Origin: Felis catus | Lineage: Eukaryota | Reading direction: 5' to 3' | DNA length: 64,000 bases | NCBI RefSeq assembly: GCF_018350175.1 | Contig: NC_058369.1 | Location: 12,712,001 to 12,776,000 of the forward strand | Part shown: positions 37,662 to 48,659 of the stretch, one piece after another | Layout of the letters: each line of letters starts with the position of its first letter | Numbering within the stretch: position 1 is the first letter of the stretch | Notes under the pieces: generated by a model | What the model saw: only the letters and a program-made list of their open reading frames with translations | Databases searched by the model: none | Told to the model about the DNA's origin: nothing | Made by a program: the position numbers and the translations under genes

Positions 37662-38750
37662 AGGATGTGAAATATTCTCGAAACCTGCCATTCCCATCGT
37701 GTTTTTGATGGTGTCGGAGAAACACTCTATCGGTGACAGCAATGCCCACACTTTACGAATTCCACGCACAACCGTGCTACTGGGGAAGTGAGAGGAGTAG
37801 ATACCCGAGATATGAGTGGGCAGGGAGCCTCTTTTCCCCTGGGACGGGCTGTGAAGCCGTGCGAACAGCTGCCAGATTCTATTGTCACTAAAAGCGTGCC
37901 CTATAAGCAGCTCTCAACTGACGAGGAGCCACGCGGCTCATGGAAAACAATCGCCAAGCTACTGGCCTGTCTGGAAGGCCAGCACTCTCACCAAAGAAGG
38001 TACAAATCAGTCCGGGGGGGGGGGGGGGGGGGGGGGCTGAACCGCACTCTTTTCTCAGCGGCCATGGGAGACTTAAGCAGTACCAAGAGTCCCTCTCTCT
38101 GGGGTCTTAGACTCGGGGTCGTGGCCACTGGCCATAGAATCCGGCAAATGGCAGGGGAAAGCCGGCCTACAGAAGGGATGCCCATGCGGGGCGCAGCCCT
38201 GTGGAAGTCACTATGGGAATCTGAGGGGTGCATTAGAATAGGACATACCTGGGGCACCTGGGTGGCTCAATCGGTTAAGCGTCCGGCTTCAGCTCAGGTC
38301 ATGATCTCGCGGCTCGTGAGTTCGAGCCCCGCGTCGGGCTCTGTGCTGACAGCTCTGAGCCCGGAGCCTGCTTTGGATTCTGTGTCTCCCTCTCTCTCTG
38401 CCCCACCCCCCACTTATACTCTGTCTCCCTTTCTCAATAATAAATAAACATTAAAAAAAAAAAAAAATTACAAAAAAAATGGGTCCTGACGGGAAGAGAC
38501 ACCAATTCTGAAGGGGCTTTGCTTACCCCGTGGTACACGTGGGTGCCCAGAGTGCTATAGGAGAACCGGAACGGAACTTGTGAGTTTGGACCCAAGTCAC
38601 GTTCCATCAGACCGGGAACACGCTTATATCCCATAATATCCAGCAACAGGCAGAGAGAGGTCCTCCGCAGGGTAACAGTTTGACAGCAAACTGGAAACAC
38701 TGGTTGTTAAAAACCGGGGAGACAGGGCCTGCAGGGCAATAAGCGGGTTG
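37662..38750 (+). mobile_element. Ancient class III (ERV-L-like) endogenous retrovirus pol relic, split by Can-SINE 38250-38480
   Basis: Degenerate translations VPYKQLSTDEE, VVATG...GMPMRGAALWKSLWE..IRIGH (RNase H-like), WVLTGRDTNS/GFAYPV/HNIQQ.AE/PQGNSLTANW (integrase-like). Confidence 0.75.
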
Positions 38751-39677
38751 GTACCTGCATGTAACGACCGAGAAAGGGACCCGGGTTCCTGGGTGTCCCC
38801 TTCTATGGACCCAACACTTTCTGCACACAAATGGGGGAGGGGGGTGGGAAGCGGTCAGGGGCTGGGAGAGAAGTTCCTGGAACTCTGATACAGAAACTCC
38901 ACGGGAAGCCCCAGAGAGGGCTTTGAATGGACGCAGGGACTGGGAATGTGCAGGCTGAGAATGATGGGGGACGTGTGGACAGAAACTGGAACGTTTCAAC
39001 AGGCTTGATGGAAGAGCTGGTCTCGGTCACTGGCTGTTTGAGAGAACGGCTAGGACGTCTCCCCAGGTCTGCCCGCAGCTGTAAATCCAAACCTGCTGGG
39101 GAGGCCCCGATAGGGCTGCTCGGGTCGGTGGGACAAAGGTGGGAGCCGAACAAGAGCGGCCCCGTTTGAACGGTGTGAGGGACAGTGGCTGTGTCTTACT
39201 CGAACGCGTGATGGGGACGGATACTGGGTCTCTCTGGGGAACGTGCCGGTACCCAGAGTGTGGCACAGGCGTGTAAACGGGAACCGGCAAACACCAATGG
39301 AGGCTCGCTACCTGGGGAGCACCAAGACGGCCAGAGCCCACGCAGTGTAGACAGGGGCTGGTGGGCTGGCTGGGCCGAGTCTCTGCGCCTTCCTGGGTGT
39401 GGAGTGTAGACCGCAGCTTATGGCAAAAGCCCGTCTGCGCGTCCAGCAACAAACAGTGCTGGGATTCTGGACTGGGTGGAGAACGTCCAACTTCCAACTT
39501 GCTGTCGGACAGTAGACAGAAGCACCCCAATCACTGACGGACGTGAAACCACCCTGCAAGTGAAACACTCCTGACGTCCCAGACGTCCCGAGGCTCAGAA
39601 CCAGCTGTTTAGAACTTAAGATACCTCGTGCCTTCCACTGGCCGCTTAAGTAGAAACTAAGGCGCGATTGCAAAAGT

Positions 39678-39683
39678 TTTATT
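39678..39683 (-). promoter_or_regulatory. HAUS8: HAUS8 polyadenylation signal AATAAA
   Basis: tttatt ~200 nt past the stop codon. Confidence 0.7.
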
Positions 39684-39881
39684 TTTTAAATATCAGGCGA
39701 AATGCTCATACAAAACAGCTATTCTGCTGAATTAGCGTCTAAAGTGCTTGAGCTCCCAGAGCATCACACATGTGCCACCATAGCACACGTGTGCCCTGAG
39801 CCAGTGGCAGGGGACGGGCTTTCTTCCCGACAGTTTGCAGAGGTCCCCAGCTGTGTCAGGGGACACGGCCTGCACACAGAT

Positions 39882-40080
39882 TCACACCGTGCGCGGCTCA
39901 CTAGTGGCCAGCAAGAGCGGAGGCCTGACGTGTCCCGGAGTTTCCCCGCAGGCGCCTTCTTGATTGAAATACCACTGGCTGGAGGCCGTGAGGCCCTGGG
40001 TCTCTTCCCAGGCCTCCTGGTTGATCAAGGCCGCCTCTTTACTTGCCTCGGCAGAAAGTTCCAGCACCTGGGCAAAGCTC
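39882..40080 (-). CDS. HAUS8: HAUS8 exon 11 (last coding)
   Basis: SFAQVLELSAEASKEAALINQEAWEETQG...WYFNQ...PRTV*; CAG acceptor. Confidence 0.95.
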
Positions 40081-41039
40081 CTGCAGAAACAACAGGGCAG
40101 GTGAGGCCTTTTCGCTCTCTGTGCCCAAGAGCCAGACAGCCGGGGCACCTCGGCCTTCACAGCTGCAGTGTGGGGAAAGGGGTTACTTCCTGTGTGTTCA
40201 TGGGAAAACGCGGGAAGCTCCGTCTGAACAGAACCCAGAGACGCCTGTAAGAACAGGACTGGGCAGGCATAAAAGACGATCTCGGGAACACTGACGCCGT
40301 GTCAGGAACCACGCCACAAAGGAACCGGGTGGTCCTCACGCAGCATACACGATGGCGGGGAAATCCACACTAAAGGAGCGTATCTGGTCAGCCGAACCTG
40401 AGACCCTTATAATCTGGAGCCCTCTGATGGGTCCCCCTTCAATCTCAGGGCACGTACAGGGGCAGCAAATGCCCCAGTATGCACCCGGCTGTTCTTCAAG
40501 AGTACCTTTCCAGTGTTCTAGGCATTTCAGGAAGTAAATTGAACATCACAAAGGAGAACACCACAAGATTCTTATACCGAAGAAGAGAAGGAAAGCCCCA
40601 GAGTGAAGAAAATCCCCTGCGGGCAAGATGCCGGGGGGGGGGGGGGAGCTGGCTGTGGGGAGCACTGGGACCTGGGGCACACGCATGTGAAACCCATCGG
40701 GCTATACTGTCAAGGTCTGTGCCTGTTCTACATGCATTTACGCTCCAGTAACAAGTTCTAAGATCACCCCAGGAGACACTTAAAGCGTGAACAGCCGATC
40801 CAAGGGCACCTGGAGTGCTGTCACTCTGAGGAAGTAAAGGGCTCGGGCTGTTAGTGCCCCCTTTCTCCCATGTCTGCTGGAGAACGCACACAGGGGTTGG
40901 CACTGACTTGGGAGGTGCTTTATCCACCGCCCCCCCTCGCCTCAGTGGACCCTTGCACCCTTGGCCTCTGCAAAACCACAGCTGCCTGCTCTCCTGAGTG
41001 TGGCAAGCTGCTCCCAACTTAAAATCTTTTCTGAAATAC

Positions 41040-41181
41040 CTTCGGAGCTCTAGATCCTTCTTTTGGGTCATTTCCTTGAGTTCGCTCAGCAGGTTCAGAG
41101 CTTTCAAGTTTTCTTCTAAACTGCCGATCCCAAGTTCTCCCAGCAGGTGGCATGTGGTCGTCAATTCACGCTGCAAACTGT
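41040..41181 (-). CDS. HAUS8: HAUS8 exon 10
   Basis: DSLQRELTTTCHLLGELGIGSLEENLKALNLLSELKEMTQKKDLELRR; AG/GT, phase 1 to 2. Confidence 0.95.
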
Positions 41182-41739
41182 CTGGAGGGGAGAAGGGAGG
41201 GTCAGCCAAGGGTTTCAAGGTGCCCCAAGCAATGGATGCGAAGGTTGGGCAGCTGACTAGATTTTTCGCGTTCGCTGGAATGCTCTTAGGCTATGCTCGC
41301 TCGCATCGCATCGTGAAGCTCAAAACCAGAGAGGATCGGGTGGAGGGCGACATTCACGTGCTGGTACCGCCTCTGTGCCCCTTTGCCGGAGGTCATGGCG
41401 GCCTGAGACCGGGGGTCAGGCTTGTCCGCCATGCAGGCAGTCACTGGAACAGACCTGGAAAGCCACTTGGATGTCCTCAACAGAAACCTACACAAAAGGC
41501 CAAGGAAGTCTGTGCTACGAGCGGCTTAAACCCAAGCCCGTGGTTCCCTCTCTCCGTCCGCAGGATCTCTGTGCCCCCACCCCCGAGACAGCAGCCTGTA
41601 TCCACACTGTGTCCCATCTGCTCTAAGGAGACCAGCACCTGTCCGCTTCTGGCACACACACCTGTACACACGTCACAACTGCACACAGTAACAGCTTGAG
41701 ACCTCGAGAAGGGTTTTTCCAAACACCCGACCTCTTAAT

Positions 41740-42190
41740 ACTTCTAATGGGGGTCTGAATTGCATCCTCCCCAAAAGACACGTTCAGGACCTAATCTCGA
41801 GTGCCTGTGAATGTGACCTCCCTGGAAATGGAGTCTTGCTAGACATAACTGAGTTAGAATGAGGTCACAGGGCAGGGTCTGATCGGTACCCGGCATCCTT
41901 CAGAGAAGAGGGGAATTCAGAAGCGGAATGCTCAAGGGCAAGGCTGTACGAAGACACAGGTGGACCGCAGCGAAGCTGTCACCAGCCAAGGAAAGCCAAG
42001 AACCGGGGGCAACACCAGAAGCCAGGAGACAGGCATGGAACGCCTCTTCCCTCAGAGCCTCTAGAAAGGTCCAGTTCGGCCGAGGCCTTGATTTCAGACT
42101 TCGGGACCCTGAACGGATGGGAATACGTTTCTATTGTTTTAAGCTGCCCAGTTTGTCACTGATTCCAGGAGCCACAGGACACTCGTACAC
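41740..42190. mobile_element. MLT1-like LTR
   Basis: aatggggtctgaattgcatcctcccc...tattgttttaagctgcccagtttg. Confidence 0.65.
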
Positions 42191-43035
42191 TCCCCAACCC
42201 CAACTCCTGGCAACTGCCCATGGCACTTATGAGAAGCGGAGTCCAGGAGCCACAGGCGTGCGCGGCCACTGCAGTAATCCTAAAACCGGACGCCTGCACA
42301 CAGAGAACTGCTCCACGAGGCTCCTTCCTTAAGACTCCACGCCACTGGCTTCCTATTTCATACTGGGAAAAGCTGGATTAAAAACCATCTCTGTCCGAGA
42401 TTACCAATTCAGCAACACCCTCTGTGACCTTGAACTGTGTCTATGGAAAGTTCTGTAAGGAAAGTCCATCTGATTTTAGGTGCAGATGTCCTAGTACATC
42501 AGCCTCAGACAAAACATACTTAAGATGGCTGGCAAGGGCCCTGCCTGGAAATGACCGGATTCCAGGACGGCTGAAAACTTGTTTGGGGAGGACACTTGCT
42601 CTAAAGAGAATTTTAAGACCGAGCACGGCACTCTGCACGCCTGCTGATTTCTTCAAAGGATTAGGCGGGAAGCCTAGGCAAGCGAGGGATCCCACGGAGC
42701 TGCTGAGAAGGAAGGACAGGCAGGGGATCAGCAGGTCTGAAGAGACCAGTCTCAGGGAATTACAGCTGCCCCCAGGAGTGCCTTTCAGCAGGGCTGGGAA
42801 TTACTGGCCCGTTCCACCGACCCGGGTTCAAATCCCAGCACGGTCCTTACTTGGGGCACAACTCTCGACAAACCCCAGCTCTGCCGGCCCCCGTGTCCTC
42901 TGCCATCTGATGACAGATGCGCCATCCGCGTGACGCGACACAAGCGGATAAAGGTGGCTGGCACACAAGGAGTGCCAACACGCATGGGCCACTCGCTGGA
43001 CCCGCTCCCTGTCCAGGAGCCACCCTGTTTCCTAC

Positions 43036-43177
43036 CTAAGAACTGCTGCCCGTCCCCGTCCAGGTGGATTGATTTCACCGGAAGCTCATGCCTCGTGGTG
43101 TCCAGGGCCGTCGCGAACGTCTTGTACTGCTCCTTAAAGCGCTCGGCCACAGCCTCGTAGGGGCTGAGCATCTCAAT
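43036..43177 (-). CDS. HAUS8: HAUS8 exon 9
   Basis: IEMLSPYEAVAERFKEQYKTFATALDTTRHELPVKSIHLDGDGQQFL; AG/GT. Confidence 0.96.
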
Positions 43178-43626
43178 CTGCAGGCAGGAGGGAACGAGCT
43201 TTGTCAGACAAGACTCAGTCGCGCACTTGGGGAGTCCAACGGTCCGTGTGAGGTGAAGACACGCCGTTCTTTCAGAATCTCCTAAGGAATCCTCCAGGAA
43301 GCTTACGTGGGTGTGGCAGCTCTCCAAAGGCTCAGCGACAGCAAAGTGGCCCAGGCCGCCTACGAACATGGTTTCCAGAACATTCCAGGACCAGGCCCTC
43401 ACCCTAGGGAGCTTGGGCCCTCCTGCTTCAGAGAATTGAGCTGAAATGTCTGCCCCCTTGTAAGACTACCCCAGCATCCCCCGTCTCCTTCATACATGCT
43501 GTCAGGGTCCTCGTGGGGGGTTGTAAGGACACATTTGCTTACTTGTCTTTCCTTTTCCTAACACTGTGAGTTCCATGAGAACTGAGACCTCGATCTTAGG
43601 TCAGGGCCTGGCCGCAGGGTGTTCTG

Positions 43627-43629
<3 letters not shown>

Positions 43630-43713
<84 letters not shown>
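43630..43713. repeat. Compound (CT)n(CA)n microsatellite
   Basis: Seen directly. Confidence 0.95.
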
Positions 43714-43716
<3 letters not shown>

Positions 43717-44332
43717 TATTATGGGTTGATCGCGTTCCCCCAAATTCCTCTGTTCATGTCCCAACCCCCAGCACCTCAGAACATGACCTGATTTGGAGAC
43801 AGGATCTTCACAGAAGTAACGGAGTTAAGATGAAGTCGTTAGGGTAAGTGGGCCCTGATCAGAGTTCGAGACATGCAGCAGGCTCTGCGCTGATGGTGCA
43901 GAGCCTGCTAGGGATTCTCTCTCTCCCTCTCTCCCTCTCTCTCCCTCTCTGCCTCTCCGCCACTCGAGTTTTCTCATTCCCAGGGCTCTGTCCCAGTGCT
44001 GACCACACGCCACCAAGACCTCGTCTCCCACCAGCACCCTGGCCCTGCAGGGAGGCCCGGACCGCATCTTCGTGTCACTGAGCACAAGCGACAGGTGCCT
44101 AAAGAATACGTGCACGTGTGTGATGAAGGGACAGGTCCCTGCGGCTGGTTGGTACTTGACGTCACAGCCCCGTCCTCTGAGAAGCCGTCACAGACTGACA
44201 CCCAGCGGTGTCAAAAGCTGGCCGCAGAGTGAGCGCCCGGCGGCAGTGACACGTACCGTCAACAGTCCCTCCAACTTCCCCGCCGGGACCGCCCCTCCGG
44301 GACACGTGGCTCGGAGACCAGTCACCGCTGAC

Positions 44333-44491
44333 CTGCGCGTCTAGGATGTCTGCCAGCTCCCGCTTCCTCCGACAGAGGAGAAGTTTGCGCTTCAGCTCGT
44401 GGGCCTTTTTCTGCAGCTTCTCCCTCTCTTTGCACATTAGTAATAAGTTTCTCTCTGCCTTTTCTTCGAACGGAACCAGGTTGTTCTCCAT
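44333..44491 (-). CDS. HAUS8: HAUS8 exon 8
   Basis: MENNLVPFEEKAERNLLLMCKEREKLQKKAHELKRKLLLCRRKRELADILDAQ; AG/GT. Confidence 0.96.
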
Positions 44492-44595
44492 CTGTTGAGT
44501 GTGCAACCAGAGCTCAGGCCGGAGGAAACTCCTCTCTGCGGCTGACAAAGGCCGCTTTCCACCCGCATCACGCGGGAGCGAGGCTCCGTTCTCAC

Positions 44596-44661
44596 CTTTA
44601 CGGCCAGTAGAGTCAGGAGCAACGTTTGGGATTCCATCATTTCCATCGACTCAGACGGGCC
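44596..44661 (-). CDS. HAUS8: HAUS8 exon 7
   Basis: GPSESMEMMESQTLLLTLLAVK; GAG acceptor, GTGAG donor. Confidence 0.9.
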
Positions 44662-45274
44662 CTCGAGGGTGAGAAAAAGACATTTTTGGTTGCCGACGAA
44701 TTCGTATAAATCTAGCTCTCTCCCCCAGAGGGGCAGAAACCTAACCTTTACAAACTTTACTCCGTTCAGGGGTTTGAGGATTCTCTCCTGTAGGTCAACC
44801 CACTGTGTCTACTTTCCAGTTTAGTCTTTTTGGGCACTCTGGGAGAAGGCAGACGAAGGTCTGGCCCCCTCCCGTGGCTGGCTGGTGAAGGGCCAGCCAG
44901 GGGGCACCCATCCGGTCACCGCCGCACCGGAACCAGGTCTTGGGCCTCCCACCCCCGTGAGACCGCAGCCCAGGTGTCCTCCCCTGGGGACACGGCCTGG
45001 CCCCGGGCCTCCCCGAGCACGGCATCAGCAAATAAGGCCCCAAATCTCATTTTTCACGCGATCTCGCATTCGTAACTACTCCTGTATGTGTACTTGGGGA
45101 AACGTAAGCTCTAGGAACATTCTGAGAACACGCGTGGTCTCCGGTTTGTCCTAAAACGCACGGCTGGCTTGTTCAGTCATAAAGCCTCAGGGCCTCGAGT
45201 GGCACCTGAATGGGGCAGGAGCTGGTATCAGCTTTCTCTGACTGAGTAGCTTCCCTTTCATTTCGGACACTTAC

Positions 45275-45369
45275 TGGGCTCTTCTTCTGTGAAGCCGAAA
45301 AGGACGTCGACTCGGTTTTCTTTGACATCGTTTTTTCTAACTGCGGAGTCTTTCTAACCATGCTTTTGT
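45275..45369 (-). CDS. HAUS8: HAUS8 exon 6
   Basis: DKSMVRKTPQLEKTMSKKTESTSFSASQKKSP; TAG/GTAAGT. Confidence 0.95.
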
Positions 45370-45471
45370 CTAAGGCCAAGGAGAGCATTTTGAAGGTGAG
45401 AGGAGCTTCCTTTGGAAGCCGAATGGGACAACCCCCCGCTAGGGAAACCAGGGGCAGGGCGGATGGCTTAC

Positions 45472-45564
45472 CGTTGATGGCCGAGAGGTCCAGGTCAGGC
45501 GGGGCGGTGCCGTGCCCTTCCAGCAACGTGGACTGCAGGTCTCCTTTCCCAATGCCACTGCTGT
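45472..45564 (-). CDS. HAUS8: HAUS8 exon 5
   Basis: DSSGIGKGDLQSTLLEGHGTAPPDLDLSAIN; CAG/GTAAG. Confidence 0.96.
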
Positions 45565-46107
45565 CTGTGGGCCCAGGGAGAACCCCCAGAGGTCAGCACG
45601 GTCTGCAAGGTACTGCACACGCCTCCGCCGGGAAGCCGGCAACCTCTCTGGATGCTACCACCTGCTTCCAAAAACTCAGCTTCTTGGGAGGTGAGCAGCA
45701 CTGAAGGCTGAGAAAGCTTTGCAACTCCCCAGCCAGCGGGTTGAATGGATTTCTAAGTAGAACTAGAAATGAGACGCAGGCTTTATAAGCCTTTCTGCGT
45801 AGCTTAATAAAAAAATGCTGTGTTCTGGGTAGGAAGTCTGGTACGCGCCACGTACTTGTCCTTCCCTGTGTTTTTTCCCTTCTTTCTCCAGCGGCTTCTG
45901 GACTGTTCATCTTCCCTGGGAGTTCCCTTCATCTTTACCTCTATTTAAAACTGGGAAATTATGCCTTACACCGTCTAAAATGGGCCCTGGGGTACTGCGG
46001 GCTTCAACTAGGCAAGGGCTCCAGCAGGCTGCAAAACGAACAGACAGTATTTGGAATTCTCTGTCGTGTTAGGAACTAAACAGAAAGTGATTTAATGAGC
46101 AGCCGTG

Positions 46108-46345
46108 AGGGGCGCCTGGGTGGCTCAGTCGGTTAAGCGTCCGACTTCAGCTCAGGTCATGATCTCGCGGTCCGTGAGTTCGAGCCCCGCGTCCGGCTCT
46201 GTGCCGACAGCTCAGAGCCTGGAGCCTGCTTCGGACTCTGTGTCTCCCTCTCTCTCTGCCCCTCCCCTACTCAAGCTCTGTCTGTCTGCCTCTCTCTCTC
46301 TCCCTCTCTCTCTCTCAAAAATAAATAAATGTTAAAAAAAAAAAT
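46108..46345 (+). mobile_element. Can-SINE with TSD tttaatgagcagccgtga
   Basis: 18-bp TSD on both flanks. Confidence 0.92.
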
Positions 46346-46639
46346 TTTTAATGAGCAGCCGTGAAGTTGAGGAAATGAGTATGTGGAGATAAACAGAGCG
46401 AAATGACAATCTGTGGGGTATGCTGCCCTTTGTTAGGATTTTTGAAAAGTTCTAGAGAAACAAAAATCGATCTACCTCGTGGGTGAGGAGGGAGATGAGA
46501 CTTTATTGCTATTGTTTTTGCACTGGTTATAGGTTTTGTCATCCACATGTACAGACAGCATTTCCACTGAGAAAAGTAACCTCCTAGGGAGCTACACGGT
46601 GGAGCTCGAATAAGCAGTCTCTCTTAATTATCATGGTTA

Positions 46640-46893
46640 TGCTTTTTTCCTTAACGTGTATTTATTTTTTAGTATATGTGCTGCCGAAGCGAGCACAATG
46701 TTTATTTTTGAGAGAGAGCGTGCGCGGGGGAAGGGCAGAGGTGGGGGAGGTGGGGTGGACGGAGACAGAGGATCCAAAGGGGGCTCCGTGCTGACAGCAG
46801 ACGGCCCAACGCGGGGCTCGAACTCCTAAACCGTGAGATCATGACCTGAGCCGAAGTTGGACACTCAACGGACTGAGCCACCCAGGCGCCCCC
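46640..46893 (-). mobile_element. Can-SINE whose tail hosts a U6 fragment
   Basis: Reverse head at 46893; A-rich tail interrupted. Confidence 0.88.
46667..46696 (-). pseudogene. RNU6: U6 snRNA 5' fragment (nt 1-30), 3'-truncated retropseudogene
   Basis: Reverse complement is GTGCTCGCTTCGGCAGCACATATACTAAAA, the U6 5' end. Confidence 0.92.
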
Positions 46894-47099
46894 GGATGTG
46901 GCCGGCCCCATTTCTGACCCCTCTGGGTTGTACTCCAGCCTTCCCGGCTTGACCCACGGCCCTCAACCCAACTGCATGAGGAGAGACCAGACAGCCGGCC
47001 CCAGTTTCACGTGCTGTTTCTCAGTCATGCCCCCGGGTCAAGAACAGCACAAATGCTGACAAACATCTAGACCAGGACCAGCAAATTTTCAAGCCCCCA

Positions 47100-47383
47100 A
47101 AATGTAACTACTGCTGTTGACCGGAGGCCCTACTGACAAAATAAAGTCAATTAGCGTGTATTTTCTATGTTGTATGTATTATACACGGCATCCTTACACA
47201 CGCTGTATCCCTCTTCTATGTACGTTCTTATACGTACCGCATCCTTACGACAAAGTAAGCTAGAGAAAAGGAAACGTTAAGGAAGTCACGAGATAAAACA
47301 CGTTCACGCCACTGCACTATGACAAACCCGCACATAAGTACACCCAGGCGGTTCAAACTCGTGTTGTTCAAAGGTCAACTGTA
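47100..47383 (-). mobile_element. Tigger2-like MITE fragment
   Basis: Terminus gtgttgttcaaaggtcaactg followed by TA. Confidence 0.65.
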
Positions 47384-47995
47384 CTTCATTTTTAACGAGC
47401 TGGAGGAAGCGCCTGGGGAGAGGCCTTCCCAGAGTCCGGGATGGGCACACGGATTACAACGGAACACCTAATACACAGTGACGATCTGAGTGGGGGATCA
47501 TGAGGGAGTTTCCACCCTCCTTGTCCACTTTCCTTTCTTTTTTACAAGGAACACCTATGTCTACAATCAGGAAAACTGCAAGGTTTTCGTATCACTTTGG
47601 GGACAGCTTCTAGAACGGGTCAGGGGACACCATTACGAAGAAGACCTAACCCAAGGTGGCGAGAGACAGGGAGATGAGGCCTCACGCCCCTTGCTTCCGG
47701 AAGTCCCACCCAAGAAATAGTCACGTGACCAAGGAAGCGCCATGCTGGAAAGGTGGCTCTTCTCCGGGGCCATACAGGACGTAACCTCCCCTTTCCCCCT
47801 GCCATTTCCCTATAGCTCCCCGCATGCTGCAAATTTGTCCTCACACGGAAACACTTTAACTAGCTGCTGCTTCTGACGCTTCTCAGAAAGAGGGAGGTTG
47901 ACTTTAGCGTACTTGAAAACAAAATTCACCACCGTGTTCATCCCTTACTGAATGGACTTCAGAGCTGTCTCCCACCCTCCTCCATCTTTACACAC

Positions 47996-48077
47996 CTTTG
48001 CTCTTCTGAAGCAGGTGGACTCTCCTTGCACCTTCAGGCATCTTCCCACTGGTCTTTAATGCATCTGCTGCAGAAGC
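47996..48077 (-). CDS. HAUS8: HAUS8 exon 4
   Basis: ASAADALKTSGKMPEGARRVHLLQKSK; CAG/GT, phase 0 to 1. Confidence 0.92.
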
Positions 48078-48364
48078 CTGTTAGGGGAACACATGACATT
48101 TAGGGCAAAAGACACCTCCCCTGCACGAGAAGGGGCCCCTTCATGGTCTGTGCAATTTGCACCTGCTATTACTTGGAAGCAAGGTGTAGACAAAAAGAGT
48201 TCTGACCTGTAATTACCATATACACGGGATGAACTAATTTTGTCAAAAAGGATACCCTCACATGCACAGAATATAGGAAAACACCAAAAAGTGTACCAAG
48301 GATTATCTCTGGCACGGCAGGTTCCAGTTGACTGATATTCTACATGCTTTATAGCATTTACAAG

Positions 48365-48540
48365 ATTTTTATTTTATTTTATTTTATTTTATTTTATTTT
48401 ATTTTATTTTATTTTATTTTATTTTATTTTATTTTATTTTATTTTAAGTAGGCTCCGTGCCCATCATGGGGATCGAACTCACGACCCTGATATCCAGAGT
48501 CACACGTGCTCTACCAACTGAACCAGCCAGATGCCTCCCC
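48365..48540 (-). mobile_element. Short Can-SINE with (TTTTA)n tail
   Basis: Pentanucleotide repeat 48366-48446 then SINE body. Confidence 0.85.
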
Positions 48541-48659
48541 CCTGCCCTGCATTTGCCAGTTTTAGACAAACAACATATTACTTCAGTCATCAGGAAAAAT
48601 AAAAGTTTTGTACAGGTATTAATCTTCAAAACATTAAAAAAAAAAAGACATGCAGAGTT

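Noticed and set aside
39882..39960. HAUS8 C-terminus shorter than recalled human protein (375 vs ~410 aa)
   Set aside because: The tail is poorly conserved and rodent HAUS8 is similarly short as I recall; not evidence of damage
40998..41699. 233-aa plus-strand ORF
   Set aside because: Antisense shadow of HAUS8 exon 10; no recognisable motif
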